DNA of 63,610 nt, filler included, from Globobulimina sp. (Eukaryota), in the NCBI GenBank assembly GCA_003354225.1. It is 17 parts of 17 records of this genome, joined end to end, with 100 filler letters (N's around TTAATTAATTAA, not from the genome) between each part and the next. Parts side by side here need not be neighbours in the genome. Positions count along the whole stretch, not along the records: positions 11,256 to 14,905 come from PIVH01002324.1; positions 15,006 to 18,655 come from PIVH01002325.1; positions 18,756 to 22,404 come from PIVH01002326.1; positions 22,505 to 26,153 come from PIVH01002327.1; 13 more parts are not named here. The stretch is one strand, 5' to 3'. Made by a program: the position numbers and the translations under genes. The notes under the pieces were generated by a model, which saw nothing but the letters and a program-made list of their open reading frames with translations, was not told the DNA's origin and did not search any database. This document shows, one piece after another, positions 11,848 through 25,284 of the stretch (position 1 is its first letter; every line of letters starts with the position of its first letter).

Positions 11848-14220
11848 TTACCGTTTATGCAACAAAACACTTTTAAATCTTTTTGGAGATATTATAGTAA
11901 CATTTTGGTGATCATCACAATGTGAGATTGCTTTAATTTTATTCAAAATATTTCCACAAAGTATCCAAGGAATCCAATACGAATTTCGCGTCTTTGATCT
12001 AAACACTTTGTTATAGCTGATCCCATACAACGTTGTGGCGAACATCTCGACTGATATCTCATTGGCGATACAATACTCTTTCAATACTTGTTTATATTTC
12101 CTTTTCAGCACAAAAACAGCATTATTATATTCATACTGAATTGCTTTCAAACTGTTAAAATTGTCATAATCGCCAATAACTTGGCTATGCTTTCTTTTCT
12201 TATATTGATGTGCCAATTTAGCAAATTCTTTTGTGAAATTATCATCGAATTCATTTATTTTTTCAATTAATAATTTAATTATTGTCATTGCTTGTTAACA
12301 ATTGTTCATCCAATATCTCATTTACATCGCTTTTAACATCATCAATATGATAAACATTGAGTTGATTTACGTTTTCAAACTCATTTTTAAACTGTATAAC
12401 TTTTTCAAATACAAACATTAAAATGCTGTTTGTTTCTACAATTTGTTTTGAAAACTTCTTTTTATGAAAATCTTTATTATATGGAAATATGACTCCTTTT
12501 GTTTGCCTCGAAATAGTGGCTGGCACATTAACTTTAATTCCACTCTTTGCAGCATCCAATGCCACAAAATAACACTTTGAAGCAATCATTGTTTTATTAT
12601 CAAATAAGCCAAAAAGCTCAAAACTTGTTTTCCAGATTTTATTGGACATTCTCATGGCCATTGAATTTGCATTTGTTAACACAAAGTGTGTCATTAACGC
12701 AATATCAATCTCATCATTTTTAAATTCCATCGGAGATTTTCTAACCAATTCCCACTGCAAATCAGTGTTATCATTTTTATATTCTTCATTCCATTTGGCA
12801 GCATCGGAAAAATCAACGGGCGCAGCTTCCACTTGTTTGCCTTGAAATAATTGAATTAACTCTTCATCCCAACAAATCCAAAATAAATCGCCGTCATAAT
12901 CTCCATTTGATAATAAATCTGCCGCCGCTCTTTCACCTTTTATCGAGAAGAAAATGCCGCCGCTTTTAGCTCTGTTATAATATCCAATGAAATCATGCAA
13001 TTCTGAGTTGTTCACAGCTGTAAACAGTCGGATATCTCCCGGATGGCAGCATGGATTTCGTGCTATTAATACAGGACCAGTCACTTTTGTATTTGCCACA
13101 ATAAACACTTCGTTTTCGTTTAATACATTTAAAGGATCACAAGTTCCCATCAAATATCTGCTGCACTCCACCGGTATCCTGCCATTATACAGCAACTTAT
13201 TAAATGTTTTGGTGACAATCTTTCGTAAATTTTGCTGCAAATATGGATCAGTCATATTTTGTCCCGCCAATATCATTTCTGTTATTAATTTATACGTTTG
13301 TTCATATTCGAAAGTGTCTGAAATGTCATTGTTGCTGTTTTGAAATGAAGACAAGACATATTTTACTTTTCTAAATGCCATACGCGGATTTTGTGTGATT
13401 TCCTGTAAAGATTGAAAATAAGCCATCAATAAACCGTCAATATACTCTTCAAACTTATTTGTCTCATTTATTAACGTCGACAAAATTATATTAAAACAGG
13501 AGTTTAAAGTCGATGCCTGACCGACTGTCGAAGTATTATTTATTTCAATCATTGCAAATTCCATATTAATATTGTTGGCTTTAGTGTTGTTCCTAATTTT
13601 TATCATAGATTGTCTTAAATGGATTTCATTGTCGGCGATGTTTGGATTTGCAATCAACACTCCTTTGGCCAAGCCGTCAGCGTAAATAATCCTACATTGA
13701 ACCAACAATACATATTCATTATTATTTTTAGGCTCATTTTGGTTTTTAGCCAGCCATCCACCTGAAATATATGGTATTTGTTTGGCTAAATTGACTGAAA
13801 TATATCCGCAGCCATCAGTCATTACATTACGTTTATTGGCGGACAATATATCGTCAATAATATGAACATTTGATGATTTGATATTTAATGTATTCAAAGG
13901 ATATGTTTTGCTGAATCCGAGCGATAATCGGCTGCCAAATTTAGCGATGCTTTTGGTTGAATATATATCGCCTAAACTCTGTCGAACATTTCTTATTTTT
14001 ATTGATTCTGTTTCGTGGAAAAAATATAAAATGTTATCTTTGTGACAGAAATATTTCCATGTTTTGTTGTTCCAAACTACGCCATTTGCAGCAATATCCA
14101 TCAATGGTTTATATATTTTTGTTTTAAAAGCAATGTCGTGTTCGGATGTGGTGATTTTTAACCATCCATCTGATCCAAATTTGCGTTCAAAGAATGAAGA
14201 AACTGTTAACGATGCATTCT
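11848..14220 (-). CDS. Cellular (RNAi-type) RNA-dependent RNA polymerase, RDR-gamma-like; apparent frameshift near 12280; further 5' exons possible up to ~14900
   Basis: KFGSRLSLGFSKT, MTDGCGYIS, RNPCCHPGDIR, catalytic GDYDGD, ALDAAKSG. ORF 11848-12288 supplies the C-terminal YxxxY..PWILCG segment. Confidence 0.92.
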
Positions 14221-15005
14221 GTAAATTTAATTCATATTTTCTTTATAAGTTTAGGTTGATATATATAGTTAATATATTTTGTAATAACAAATGAGTGATA
14301 TTAAATTTATTAATTTAACTTTGTGGATTGATTGAATATTAATATTAAACAGACACACTTTGAAATGTGTTGCGCAGTGAAAGAGGATTTTGATGCTTTA
14401 TGGACACTCGATTCTTGTTTCAGTTGTTTGGTCAGTTTGGGATTGGGAACATTCGTTTTCATTGATTTCTGAAATAATGTTGGTTTGATGGGAGTGACTG
14501 TAGCATTTATTGTATTCATTGTATTGGAACTCTTGAAAGTAAATTTGTTATTTATGGTGGATGTAATTTGATTTACTTCAATATCAACTTTTGATTCTAA
14601 TGCATTTGAATTTAATTTATTTATTTTATTAATACCATTTATTAGTCTTCGTTTGATATGAACACCAAAGCCATTTTCTGTGCAATATTCTCTGTTTATG
14701 TACATAATTATAAATATTTACATGCGAATTCTTAAAAATAAATCACAAAAATACACTTTACATCTTGTTCAGTCCAAATATTCATGTCATGAATGGTGAT
14801 ATCATGCTGATTGAAGCATGTTTGCAAGCATTGAATTCTATTTATTTCTAAAAAATCCGCAATTTCTGGATCATTATTATGATAATTTCCTTGTGTGAAC
14901 GTGAANNNNNNNNNNNNNNNNNNNNNNNNNNNNNNNNNNNNNNNNNNNNTTAATTAATTAANNNNNNNNNNNNNNNNNNNNNNNNNNNNNNNNNNNNNNN
15001 NNNNN

Positions 15006-15451
15006 ATAAAGAGCCGCACACACTGCAAATATTCAAATCATATCGTATGAGCTTATTGAAAATCATTTCCAGCACAACGAATTGTAAAATTGTGTTATCC
15101 ACAGCATGGAGAAGATGTGATGACGCAAAGCAAAAGATAAAAACACAATTTATGAAGAACGGAATTGAATGGAACGACATTTATATGGGAGATACACCGA
15201 TAATGGACAATCTGATCATGGATCCTCAATCAGATGATTATCAGCGTACATTTGAAATCGCAGCATATTTGAAGCAAATAGATATTGAATCAAAATATTT
15301 TGTTCAATCTTGGTGCGCTGTGGATGACCAGGCGCTAGATGTTGGTGAAAAATCGAAGGAAATTATGAAAGGACGATTCGTTAAAACCAATGGGTATATT
15401 GGGATTACTGACGATGATGCTTTGAAAATAATAAACATATTGAATGATTAG
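15006..15451 (+). CDS. HAD-like domain protein (HAD_SAK_2-like), 5' partial
   Basis: KIVLSTAWR, GDTP, RxxEIxxYL, WCAVDD and FVKT..GIT motifs. Confidence 0.75.
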
Positions 15452-15649
15452 CGTGTTGCATTAAGCTTAATAAGCTGTAACAACGTTGTAAACAACCGAA
15501 AGTGTATCGTTTTTGTACATGTGATAGTATCAGAAGACACAACAACAAAATGTTCGTCATTTAATATACGTAACACGTTAACACGGAACAAACAAAAAAA
15601 AAGCATAAAAATACGTGAAGTTACCCAAACAACAAAAAAAAATATTGAT

Positions 15650-18198
15650 TTAAATTTCCTCATCAATTGCAAGTTCAATATTTTCCGTTGTTTGATCGTT
15701 ATTTGATAAATTTTCATTTTCTTCAGTTCCATGTCGTCCAACAACCATTGAAATATTTGAATTATCGCCAATTTCCTCTGAAAATTTCGCATTTACAGTC
15801 CATTGCATTGTAGCACCAATACCAATGAGTACAGCTACGAGATACCACAAAAACGTAGCCAATATATAATCAGGTAAGCCAGCAATAACATTTCTAACTT
15901 TCCCATTATATAACATCGCCTTTGTGACTTCTTCACCATTCTGAGCTATTAGCTCTTGATCAACATCGCCAATCCAATGGAATGCACTGAATAAGGTCGC
16001 AGCTGCAGTTAACCAAACAAACAAACCGTAATATTTTGTAATTGGTTCCGTAATTCCTCTCATGATTTCTCTTATTTTATCCAATGATAATATCTCTGCA
16101 TTATCACCGGATTTATCACCTTTGAATATACAAAAATGTGCGATGATTGATATCAAAATATTGACTGCAACACCAACGAATGTTGCCCACGATTTATCTA
16201 TCAATGGGAATGGATCACTTCCACCAAATACAACTCCGATTAATATTATATCCACCACCGTACCAACAATGGTGCCAGACAATACTGCATAGGTTCCCAT
16301 ACTGGTATAAAGCCCGAAAATATACGCTGGCACTGCCTGCCATAACAATCCTTGTTGGATGGTATAAACAACACCGTAATCAGCGCCTTGTTTTAATGAT
16401 TAACACAAAAATGGGACAAAATCAGACCAAGATATATAAGTTGATACACATACCTGTTTCGAATAAAATAATTGCAAACATCAAACATAAGCACATGGTG
16501 GATAAACTACAAACTTTCCCAATGATAACAATTCGGGTATCATTATAATCTGTAAATATCCAATTTTTAAATACATCGACAGATATTGTATTAGATACAC
16601 CAATTAACGCTGAATCGGCTGTGCTCATAATACCCGCAATACCTATATTAATATTGTTGTTGCAATTAAATTCATAGACGCAGTCGTAACAACTTCGATA
16701 TTGAGGGGAAATACCTGCTAATAATGCAATGTATGATATAAAGGCACTGAAACCACCACGGTCACGGAATACTGCTAACATTGCTGGTTATTTTTTGATG
16801 AATGTAGTATTGATGTAAACAGTACAGCATATATACAGTGGATATCTACCTTGAAAAGCACCAAATGATGTATATTCTGGGTCTAATTCCGGTTTATTTG
16901 AAATATGTGCTATTCCCGTCAATATACCTGATTTATGTCAAAACAAATAAGTATTTTATGCACCATACATATATCACGTAGAGGTACTAAATATTTACAT
17001 ACCAGGGGTCATCGTAATAAATGTTGTCAGGAATACTTATTTCACACATTAGAATTTGTTTTTATTTTATAAAAGCGATTATATACAAAACAACATACTT
17101 GCAATCACAACAAATCGAACATGACTGTCACTTTTTGCAGACAACGCACGTTGCGTAATATGCGGATTTAACGCAAATGACACGCCAGATAAGGTAAATA
17201 ACACATAATTTGTAACAGTAGCAGCTGCGGGGGAACGTAGAAAATATTCAGTCGTTTCGAGTGTGTCTTGCGCATAATTCAAACATCCTGAAGTATGCTC
17301 GCTATTTGCGTTGTGACATGGAACAGTTAAATCTTGCGAATTGTTTGCCATCCCAACAAAACCGCCTTTAGTAAATGCTGCAATCATTATAGGAATGGTG
17401 ATGAATACAACAACCATTACTATGGCTTCCACAGCATCTGTCAGACATAAATAAAAAACAAATAAATATGATACTGTATTGATAAAACATTACCTGTATA
17501 GGCGACAGATCGCATTCCTCCAAATGCCTCGAATAACAATATCATAATGGTCGAGAATATAACAACAGGATAGAATCCCAGCTCTGATTGGGTCAGACTG
17601 TCGACGACTGCACCCAATGAATATAGATTAATCCCAATATATAATACCTGCGGAATACATACTAATAAAGCCACTAATATTGACACTGCTTTATTTTTAA
17701 AGCGATCCGCAATAAAATCTCCCGGTGATTCATATGAACGAACCATACTTAAGCGTCTTAACCGTGGATACAACCACAACATTGATATTCCGACAATAAT
17801 AATTAATGCCATCCAACGAACAGCGAAAAACCCTTTCATGCCGGCTTCATTTGGCACGCCAACAACTGTTTTTTATATTTAGTCGTTTGTTTGTGTTTTT
17901 GTCGCAGTATTTGGATATTTGTGTACCTGTATAACCAGAGAATACAGACGCAAATGTCGTGAATCTGGGTAGAAATTAATTTGTGTAGATTAGTTGTAAA
18001 TGATTGTAGTATTAAAATGAATGGTAAATACGTGAGCAGTAAGGATCCGAAATTCTTGCTGGCTAAGAAATGTTTGCTGATTTGTGAGGATTCGTCTGCA
18101 GGGTCTTTATTTTTAATATTTGCTGCAATTGTGACTGCCACAGTTAATGCAATGTAAATTGCTAACACAACATATGTCGGCCAATTTTCGGATACCAT
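15650..18198 (-). CDS. Sodium:solute symporter family transporter, multi-exon
   Basis: HFLASKNFG, FASVFSGYT, GGMRSVAYT, QRALSAKS, AGIMSTADSAL. Several GT-AG introns restore the frame. Confidence 0.9.
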
Positions 18199-18308
18199 TA
18201 TGATTTGTTATTATTAATAAAAAAACTAACTTCAACTGAAACTGGAATATGATTTTGAGCCATGCAGTTGCGACAAGTGCACTAATTTCATTTTAGTGCA
18301 TTTGCTGA

Positions 18309-18655
18309 ATGGCCAAGCTTATTGGACAAACGGGTCATATTCCATGCACATATATATTAATACTGATGTTGCAACATTGTATATCGCAACCAGATCTAGA
18401 TAGAAATTCTGTACATATCCAAGTGACAGCATGCGATGGGTGGCAATATGCGTCAACATCAAACGCATTGCAAATACAATTAAAAGGACAGTACGATGCA
18501 ACACCATTTGCTATGGTAAATCCATTTACTGCTTTACCAACGAATGGGCTGTCGCAAATATTCCATACTGACTTGAACTATTATCATATTTATGGCTCCT
18601 TATTTTCTGTGCTTATCTCTATGGATGTATTTGAAAAAAAAAAGTCATTTTGATT
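18309..18655 (+). CDS. Putative secreted protein, weakly PLAT/LH2-like, partial
   Basis: Hydrophobic segment followed by VHIQVTACD...STSNALQIQLKG. Confidence 0.3.
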
Positions 18656-19142
18656 NNNNNNNNNNNNNNNNNNNNNNNNNNNNNNNNNNNNNNNNNNNNT
18701 TAATTAATTAANNNNNNNNNNNNNNNNNNNNNNNNNNNNNNNNNNNNNNNNNNNNATTATTATTCAATGTACAAGTGGTGCTGGATATTATTCATATCAA
18801 TTTTCATTATGTGGTTTATTGGATATTTTAAGTGAAACAAGAAAAACAAATAAAATCAAGTGTTCATTATATGGAGTTTGGAAGGATCCACGAGGTGGAG
18901 ATAGACGAAGTTGGTTATTTTATTGGATATATTCGAATTCATCAATTGCACATTCATTAAATATCCAATATCCAAAAATAAAAATATCAATACAACAAAC
19001 AAGTAATATTGAGGGAAGGAGACAAGATTTATTAGTTTTTGAATGTATGTGATTGTGATTGTTTGTTTTGTTTGTTTTAATTTTTTGTTGTTTGTAAATA
19101 TAGATTTTTAGTTTCAATTCAACGGAAACAAAATATTTGAAA

Positions 19143-19920
19143 CTAGTAAGTGTCACTGCTTGGATTGGTAGAAGAGCCTGAAAGCAGTATACGAGGATTA
19201 CAAAGTGAAATTTTTCATTATATGACAGCAAGCCATGTCTGTACGTACATAATATCCAGAAACAGAAACAGAACGTTTTTGGGCATGTTTCTGTTTCTGG
19301 ACATTATGCAAAGATGTATGTACCTGAAGTACACCACGTATTGCTCGGTCCCCAATTCCTATTCAAATCGACTCCGTATGTGCCATCACCATTATTCCTT
19401 CGATTTTTCCTCCACATTCGGTTGGAACCAGTCCATGTAAACAAATAACCGTCAATGTTGACAGTCGGCACAATATAAATATTGACTGCATTCAAAATAT
19501 CCGTGATCTCCACATCGTTTCCATAGCCTTCGCTCAATGCGTTGAGTATATACATTGTAGCCATATTCGCCAACCACTCTCTCGCATGCACAGAGGCCTG
19601 GATATACAAAGCTGGCCTGTCCGCAGGTGCTCCGCCTCCCGGTCCTGACAAGGTAATGACGCCAATGTCCCTGCCTTCGATGGTTTGGCCCATCACACTC
19701 CGCGACAAAAGGAAAGGATGTCGAAGTAATAAAGCATTGATAAACACAACATATTCATTCCAAGTTCGATAGTCTTCAAAGAAAAGCTCGGGAAGACTGG
19801 AAGCTGTCCATTTTGCAGTATTATTGATTCGCTGCCTCTCTCTACGAATAACCTCGTCGATGTCGGAGGAAATGATATCGAATGCGAATATAACATCTTT
19901 TGCAGAGATGATATTATCTC
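19143..19920 (-). pseudogene. M14 zinc carboxypeptidase fragment, truncated at both ends
   Basis: FFEDYRTW, HAREW, NIDG, RMWRKNR, DLNRNW. Intron 19178-19323; the next exon GSSTNPSSDTY stops at TAG. Confidence 0.85.
19246..19310 (-). other. Intronic 25-bp hairpin
   Basis: Arms 19246-19270 and 19286-19310 with a 15-nt loop. Both mismatches are G:U on the minus strand. Confidence 0.85.
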
Positions 19921-20379
19921 AGGAACTCATGACAAATTATTTCAACCTCTATTCATACAACAACACGATGATCAAATCCGATGCAAAGTACATCATCCGA
20001 CTCGGCACCTCGTTGGGCATCAACAATAACTATGAAACGCGTGGCATCCACGTCAACATCGGCGATATAAATATCTGCAATAAGCAGGTCGGTATTTCCT
20101 CTGTGGATTTCCAGGCAATTACCTCCAATTTGAACCCGCTGCATTACCACACCCGAGACGTGAATAAAACCATTAAATATTTGAAAGACTGTGGCTACAC
20201 AGTCAACATCGACGACAATAATACGGAGTTATATGGAATTAAAGGGATATAACTCCAGTTATATAGGTGATTGATACATTATGAAATATGAATATCAATG
20301 CGATCATAATCATGACGTAATGAGTCTGTGATTGTGAATCCATAAAACTCGTTTCTTCCTTAATATTTTTTTTAGGAGA

Positions 20380-22124
20380 ATGAAACAGCAAAGTCGAGGA
20401 CTAAAAAGAAGTTTTGCACAACTAAAATCTAGCAAAAACCTCCCTACACACAAAAGACATAGGCCAACCAGCTCCCAAAAGCGAACAAATAATTGGTTAT
20501 CAAACATTGCAAATATGAACGATAGCAATGACAATCAAAATGATCAGGAACAAAAATCACCGCCACCACCGCCACCAACGCAGCAAACGCAGGCGGAAGC
20601 AATGGCCAATGATCGAGAAGAAGTCGTCGAAGCTTTAGGTAAATCGTGGAATGAGATTCGTGAAATCGATAATTGCGATGCATTAATGGTGCAATATTTA
20701 CGGTGCAATCCATACCAACGTACCATATTTATGATGAGCTTAAAAGCCAACCAAGTGAGAATGATTCGGGCCGAGGTTAAGAATGCCATCAATAGGCAGA
20801 CCGAGCAAATGCAGCAAATGCAGCAGCAACAGCAGCAAATATCGCAGCACGGAATACAAGAATTGGTTGACCAACGTAACCAAAACCAATCTGGTTTCCA
20901 AGTTTAGTTAAACATAAACATTTTTTTCTTGAGACGATTGACGTCAAGGAACGGAAAGACGATTTTTTTGATATACGTCAAAACAAAATGAAATATACAC
21001 CATAGTTAATGGCAAAAGCCGTGGATAAAATGGGTGGAACCATGGGAGCCTTTGCAACCGCAATAGAGACCCAAGGAAGCAATATGCAGAGAGTTACGCG
21101 ACATATGACCACTTTGGCAGAATATAAGGCGAATAAGGCCTTATTGTACAAGAATGCATACATTGAGTTATTTGCATTAAACACAGCGCTCTCTGGCATG
21201 TCAAATAACATTGAAGCACATAAAGTGAATAAGATACGATGTAAGGCAGCAAATAGAGGCATAAAGGTGGCCGATGAAAAGGTACCATTTGTCATTGACG
21301 TGCCCGGCGTACAGATGTTGATATTACTCACAATCGAGGAGATGGCACAGGAAGCCGCCGAAAGAGACAGATTGTTGGCAAGAACAACAACAATGATCCG
21401 GAGACTCAGTACCTTGGTAGCCGATGATAACATCAATGAAATGACGGATTTGATGACTGAGTATAAATTGGCGATGCAGCGGAGAAAGGAAATCATGAAA
21501 TTGCAGATTTGGATGGCGGAGATGAAATATTTTGAGCAACACGGAGCCAACGCAAAGTTACAGAAACTTTTGCAAACATTGATATATGACATGGAGGAGG
21601 AAGAGGAGCGGAAAGCCAATCCTTTGGCAGCAACAAATAACAACGATGAGGAGAAGAACGCAGCGGAGCCAACAACGACATTCTTGCCATGGCAGAAGAT
21701 GCGAGGAATGGGATATGACAGAATTGAGCAGATCAAATTGGATGAAATGATCGAGAATTTGAAGAATAGAAACAATGGACCCCAACTGAAGCAACATGGC
21801 CATGGCAAATATGCCAAAGGACCGGCAAAAGGACAATGCCCCCACGACATTAAGAAAGGAGGATGTGTTGACCATCTATGGCATGGCAATTGTGGTGAGG
21901 GATGGCATAAAAATGGAACTCGGGGCCAATTTAAACATTTACCAAATCCATTGAGAACAAGGAAAAGAAAATGGAATGACACGCAACGGAATGCGCCCAA
22001 TAACAATAACTGGAATGACCAGCAACGGCCACAATTCCATCAACCCGCATATTCGGCCCCTGCGCCACCACCGAATGTCTATCAGCAGCCACAGCAACAT
22101 CAGAGGCGAAGATATGGAAATTGA
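20380..22124 (+). CDS. Hypothetical Q-rich/coiled-coil protein with C-terminal Cys/His motif (gag/ORF1-like?)
   Basis: ORFs 20380 and 21009 can be joined in phase by intron 20902-21005. Visibly less AT-rich than neighbouring contigs. CPHDIKKGGCVDHLWHGNCGEGWH. Confidence 0.5.
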
Positions 22125-22538
22125 TTGAAGGAACATCGGATCGCAAATAAAATGATTCGCTATCAACAAATAAAGCAAATGACAACAAATAATAAGCAAA
22201 CTTGCGACATTGCAATGATAATAATAGACGGAACCTTTTTCTTTTAGTCTATTGCTATCTGTTTATGTGTATATGTTTCTGTTTTGCGATGCAAACGATT
22301 GCCACGCAGCACATTATTGCTTTTTTCTTTTTTACAATCGACATCATATTTAAATAAATTAACGTTTTATTTCTTGCTTTAAACAGAATAGAAAATATAA
22401 AAGCNNNNNNNNNNNNNNNNNNNNNNNNNNNNNNNNNNNNNNNNNNNNTTAATTAATTAANNNNNNNNNNNNNNNNNNNNNNNNNNNNNNNNNNNNNNNN
22501 NNNNGTTTTTATGTATATATTTTTTCGGACATAGTCCT

Positions 22539-22753
22539 CGATTGGCTACAACTATTAAATCCGATTGTGGAGTGGTTTATTATCAAGCAATCAAGGGTGA
22601 CACCAACCTGATATTGGGAACAATCAGAGGTGACCCAAGCAGATAGTTTGATGGTAAACTAATCAATCAATTAATTGTGGATAATAATTAATTGGTTGAT
22701 ATATATAACTCAACAATCAATATAACCTAACTACCACTCGTCATAGCCAATCG
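22539..22753 (+). ncRNA. Candidate structured RNA or fold-back element
   Basis: Nested helices read by eye, including a GGAA tetraloop hairpin and a 17-bp stem with G:U pairs. No ORF. Confidence 0.4.
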
Positions 22754-24169
22754 TCATAGACATGAATTATTCAAGATATTAAATAATTTCAAGTTTTAAT
22801 TCATGATTTAAAGAATAGCATTTGCTATGATTGTTATTTATGTCTTATAAAAAGTGTTTAATTAAATTCTTTTTATTCTTTTTCTTTTGAGTTAAGGATT
22901 TTGGAGTTGCACTCTGAAGAATAATTACGAGAGATTTATCAATTTGCTATAAGCCCTATAGAAAATATCTGAAAATAATTATGCAAAGAGTTATTTTAAG
23001 AGTTTGTGGCATAATGTTATTGTGATTAATGTTTGTAATGCATTGCTATAATTTGTAATGCATTGCTATATTTAATAACTATCTGTTTGGATGGAAATAT
23101 TAATGTGTCTCTTTGGTTGCTATTAAATATTTTATATTTTTGGATAGTTTCTCATTCGATCCAAACACACTCATTACTGGGTTTTAAATGCTTTTATATG
23201 GACTCAGATAAAATAATGATTGCCATTTATTTAAAAGCGAGTATTTTCTGATAATTTGTCACCAAAATTGTTGTTGTGTTCCATATGTAATCAACCATTT
23301 TATTGTTTATTAAGCACTCTGATTAATTCTGAGTGTGCATTTTGGCCAATTTTTATCGGAATTATAATACATTTGATGTGGAATTTAGCGCTGCGTTGTT
23401 TATGTAATATTTGCTAAATAATAATAATTGTTTGCTTTGTACTCAATGTGTGAATACTTTGAATGAATTTGTTTGTGTTTATTATCAAAACGCTCATAAT
23501 CATCGCTAAATATATTGTTGTGATTATATTCTATTAAATATATTGTGATTCAATTTGCTTGCTTTGATCAATAAATTGGATGAGAAGATTTATGATTTAA
23601 TGTTTCCAAGATTTATGATGCTGCTTTTGCGTAAGGATTGTTGTAAACCAATGTCAAGATGTTTCGAGGTGTACTAGAAAACTTTAAGTTAAAATCTGTT
23701 TTGTGCAAACTTGTCATGTTTTGTGCAAACTCATACTCAATGCATTGCCTCAATGAAATATGAGTTATAACATATATTAATCAAATTAAACAATGAAAAC
23801 ACTGATAATCAAATTATTCATGTTCTAAAGTATATTGTTTTGTTATGTTGCTTGTATTGTAAAGAAGCAAAAATATTATTCACGGAAATAAAAATATTCT
23901 ATTTATTATGGCAGATTTATTATGTCTGTCAAGATATACGTTACAATGATATAAATCGATTATAATGATTTAAATCGGTTACAATTTTGAGTGCGATGTA
24001 TAATTATTGCATATTGAATATTATATTAATTGTAGTATAAACACTTTAAAGTTAGAAAATCCGCAAAAGTGTCAAAATTATAAATTCACACAACAATGAC
24101 CTGTTTTTATATGCAATATTTATTCTAATTATATTTGGTGTTTTTGTTGTTTAAACTAAATAAAATTCA

Positions 24170-25284
24170 TTGGTTCAGAAACAAGTTATCCTCTCTTCCA
24201 ACATAAGTCTGACAACAATAACATTTATAAACGACAATGACAACGAACCAATAACTATCAATTTGGCGGATTCTTTCCTATCCATTCGAGCATACACAAG
24301 AACTGTAAATATCGGCAATATACATTTTACAGCGTCTGCTAACAACATATCACCGTTCATCGCCATATCGGATCAATCCCAAAGTGCACAGCTCGCAGTT
24401 AATATAAATAAATGTCACTTTTATAATATGGCAAAGGTTGCCGGCATAGGATCCGTTATTAACATTCCACCGCTTCATCGCAATGACTTTGCCCAAGCAA
24501 TAAATATTAGGTTTACGTATGTGTACTGTGCTGGTTCTGTTGTGGCTGACTATTTATTTATATTTTAAACAGAAACAGCATTCTCTGAAAACGTTGTGGA
24601 AAAAAGGAGGGCTGTTCTTCATTCAATGCAATAATGTGCGCCTACAGTTTGATAGCACGACGACAACCGACAACATTGCGGCGTCAGAGGCAGATTCGAC
24701 AGGCATTGCTATTATAAATTGGATCTGCCAAAAGAAAACAAATTCGAGTGATGATATGTGGCAATTAGTTGGTGTCCAACAATTCGATATTTACTAATTT
24801 TAATGGCAGCATTTTTAGCATTGATTTAAGTGCGGAGCCGGATGGGATTTATTTTAATGCAAAAGTGGATTCTTCGCGATTTAGCAATAACGTTGGCCCA
24901 ATATTTAATTTCTTTAATCCTCCCAATCTGATACATTCTGCAGACATCATACTGCAGTCCAATGCGCTTCTAACTGTCACGCATTCCGTGTTTGATAAGA
25001 ATGGCGATCTGAGCGTTGTGAATGGTGTAAATGGCGCAATATTTAATATAAACTCAGTGACAGTCCCAAATATTCGCATCTATGACAGCCAATTTAGTGA
25101 CAATAAAGCTTTAAATGGCGGCGTAATGTATTGGTATTGTTCGAGGCATATTGGGTTTGCCCCTAAACATCGTTATTGTGTGCTACTTTTATTAGTTAAT
25201 ACCAAATTCACTCGAAATGGAATTCGAAGAATAATTTATATGTTATATTCTGTAAATTTATTTTTATATGTTATTATGTTTTAA
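24170..25284 (+). CDS. Beta-helix / polymorphic-membrane-protein-like repeat protein fragment (spliced or degenerate)
   Basis: FxxN and GG/GA motifs: SRFSNN, NGAIF, FSDNKALNGGVMY. Confidence 0.45.

Noticed and set aside
23032-23985. Short two-copy tandem duplications (also 5424-5450, 55772-55817)
   Set aside because: Ordinary slippage repeats with no spacers or higher-order structure.
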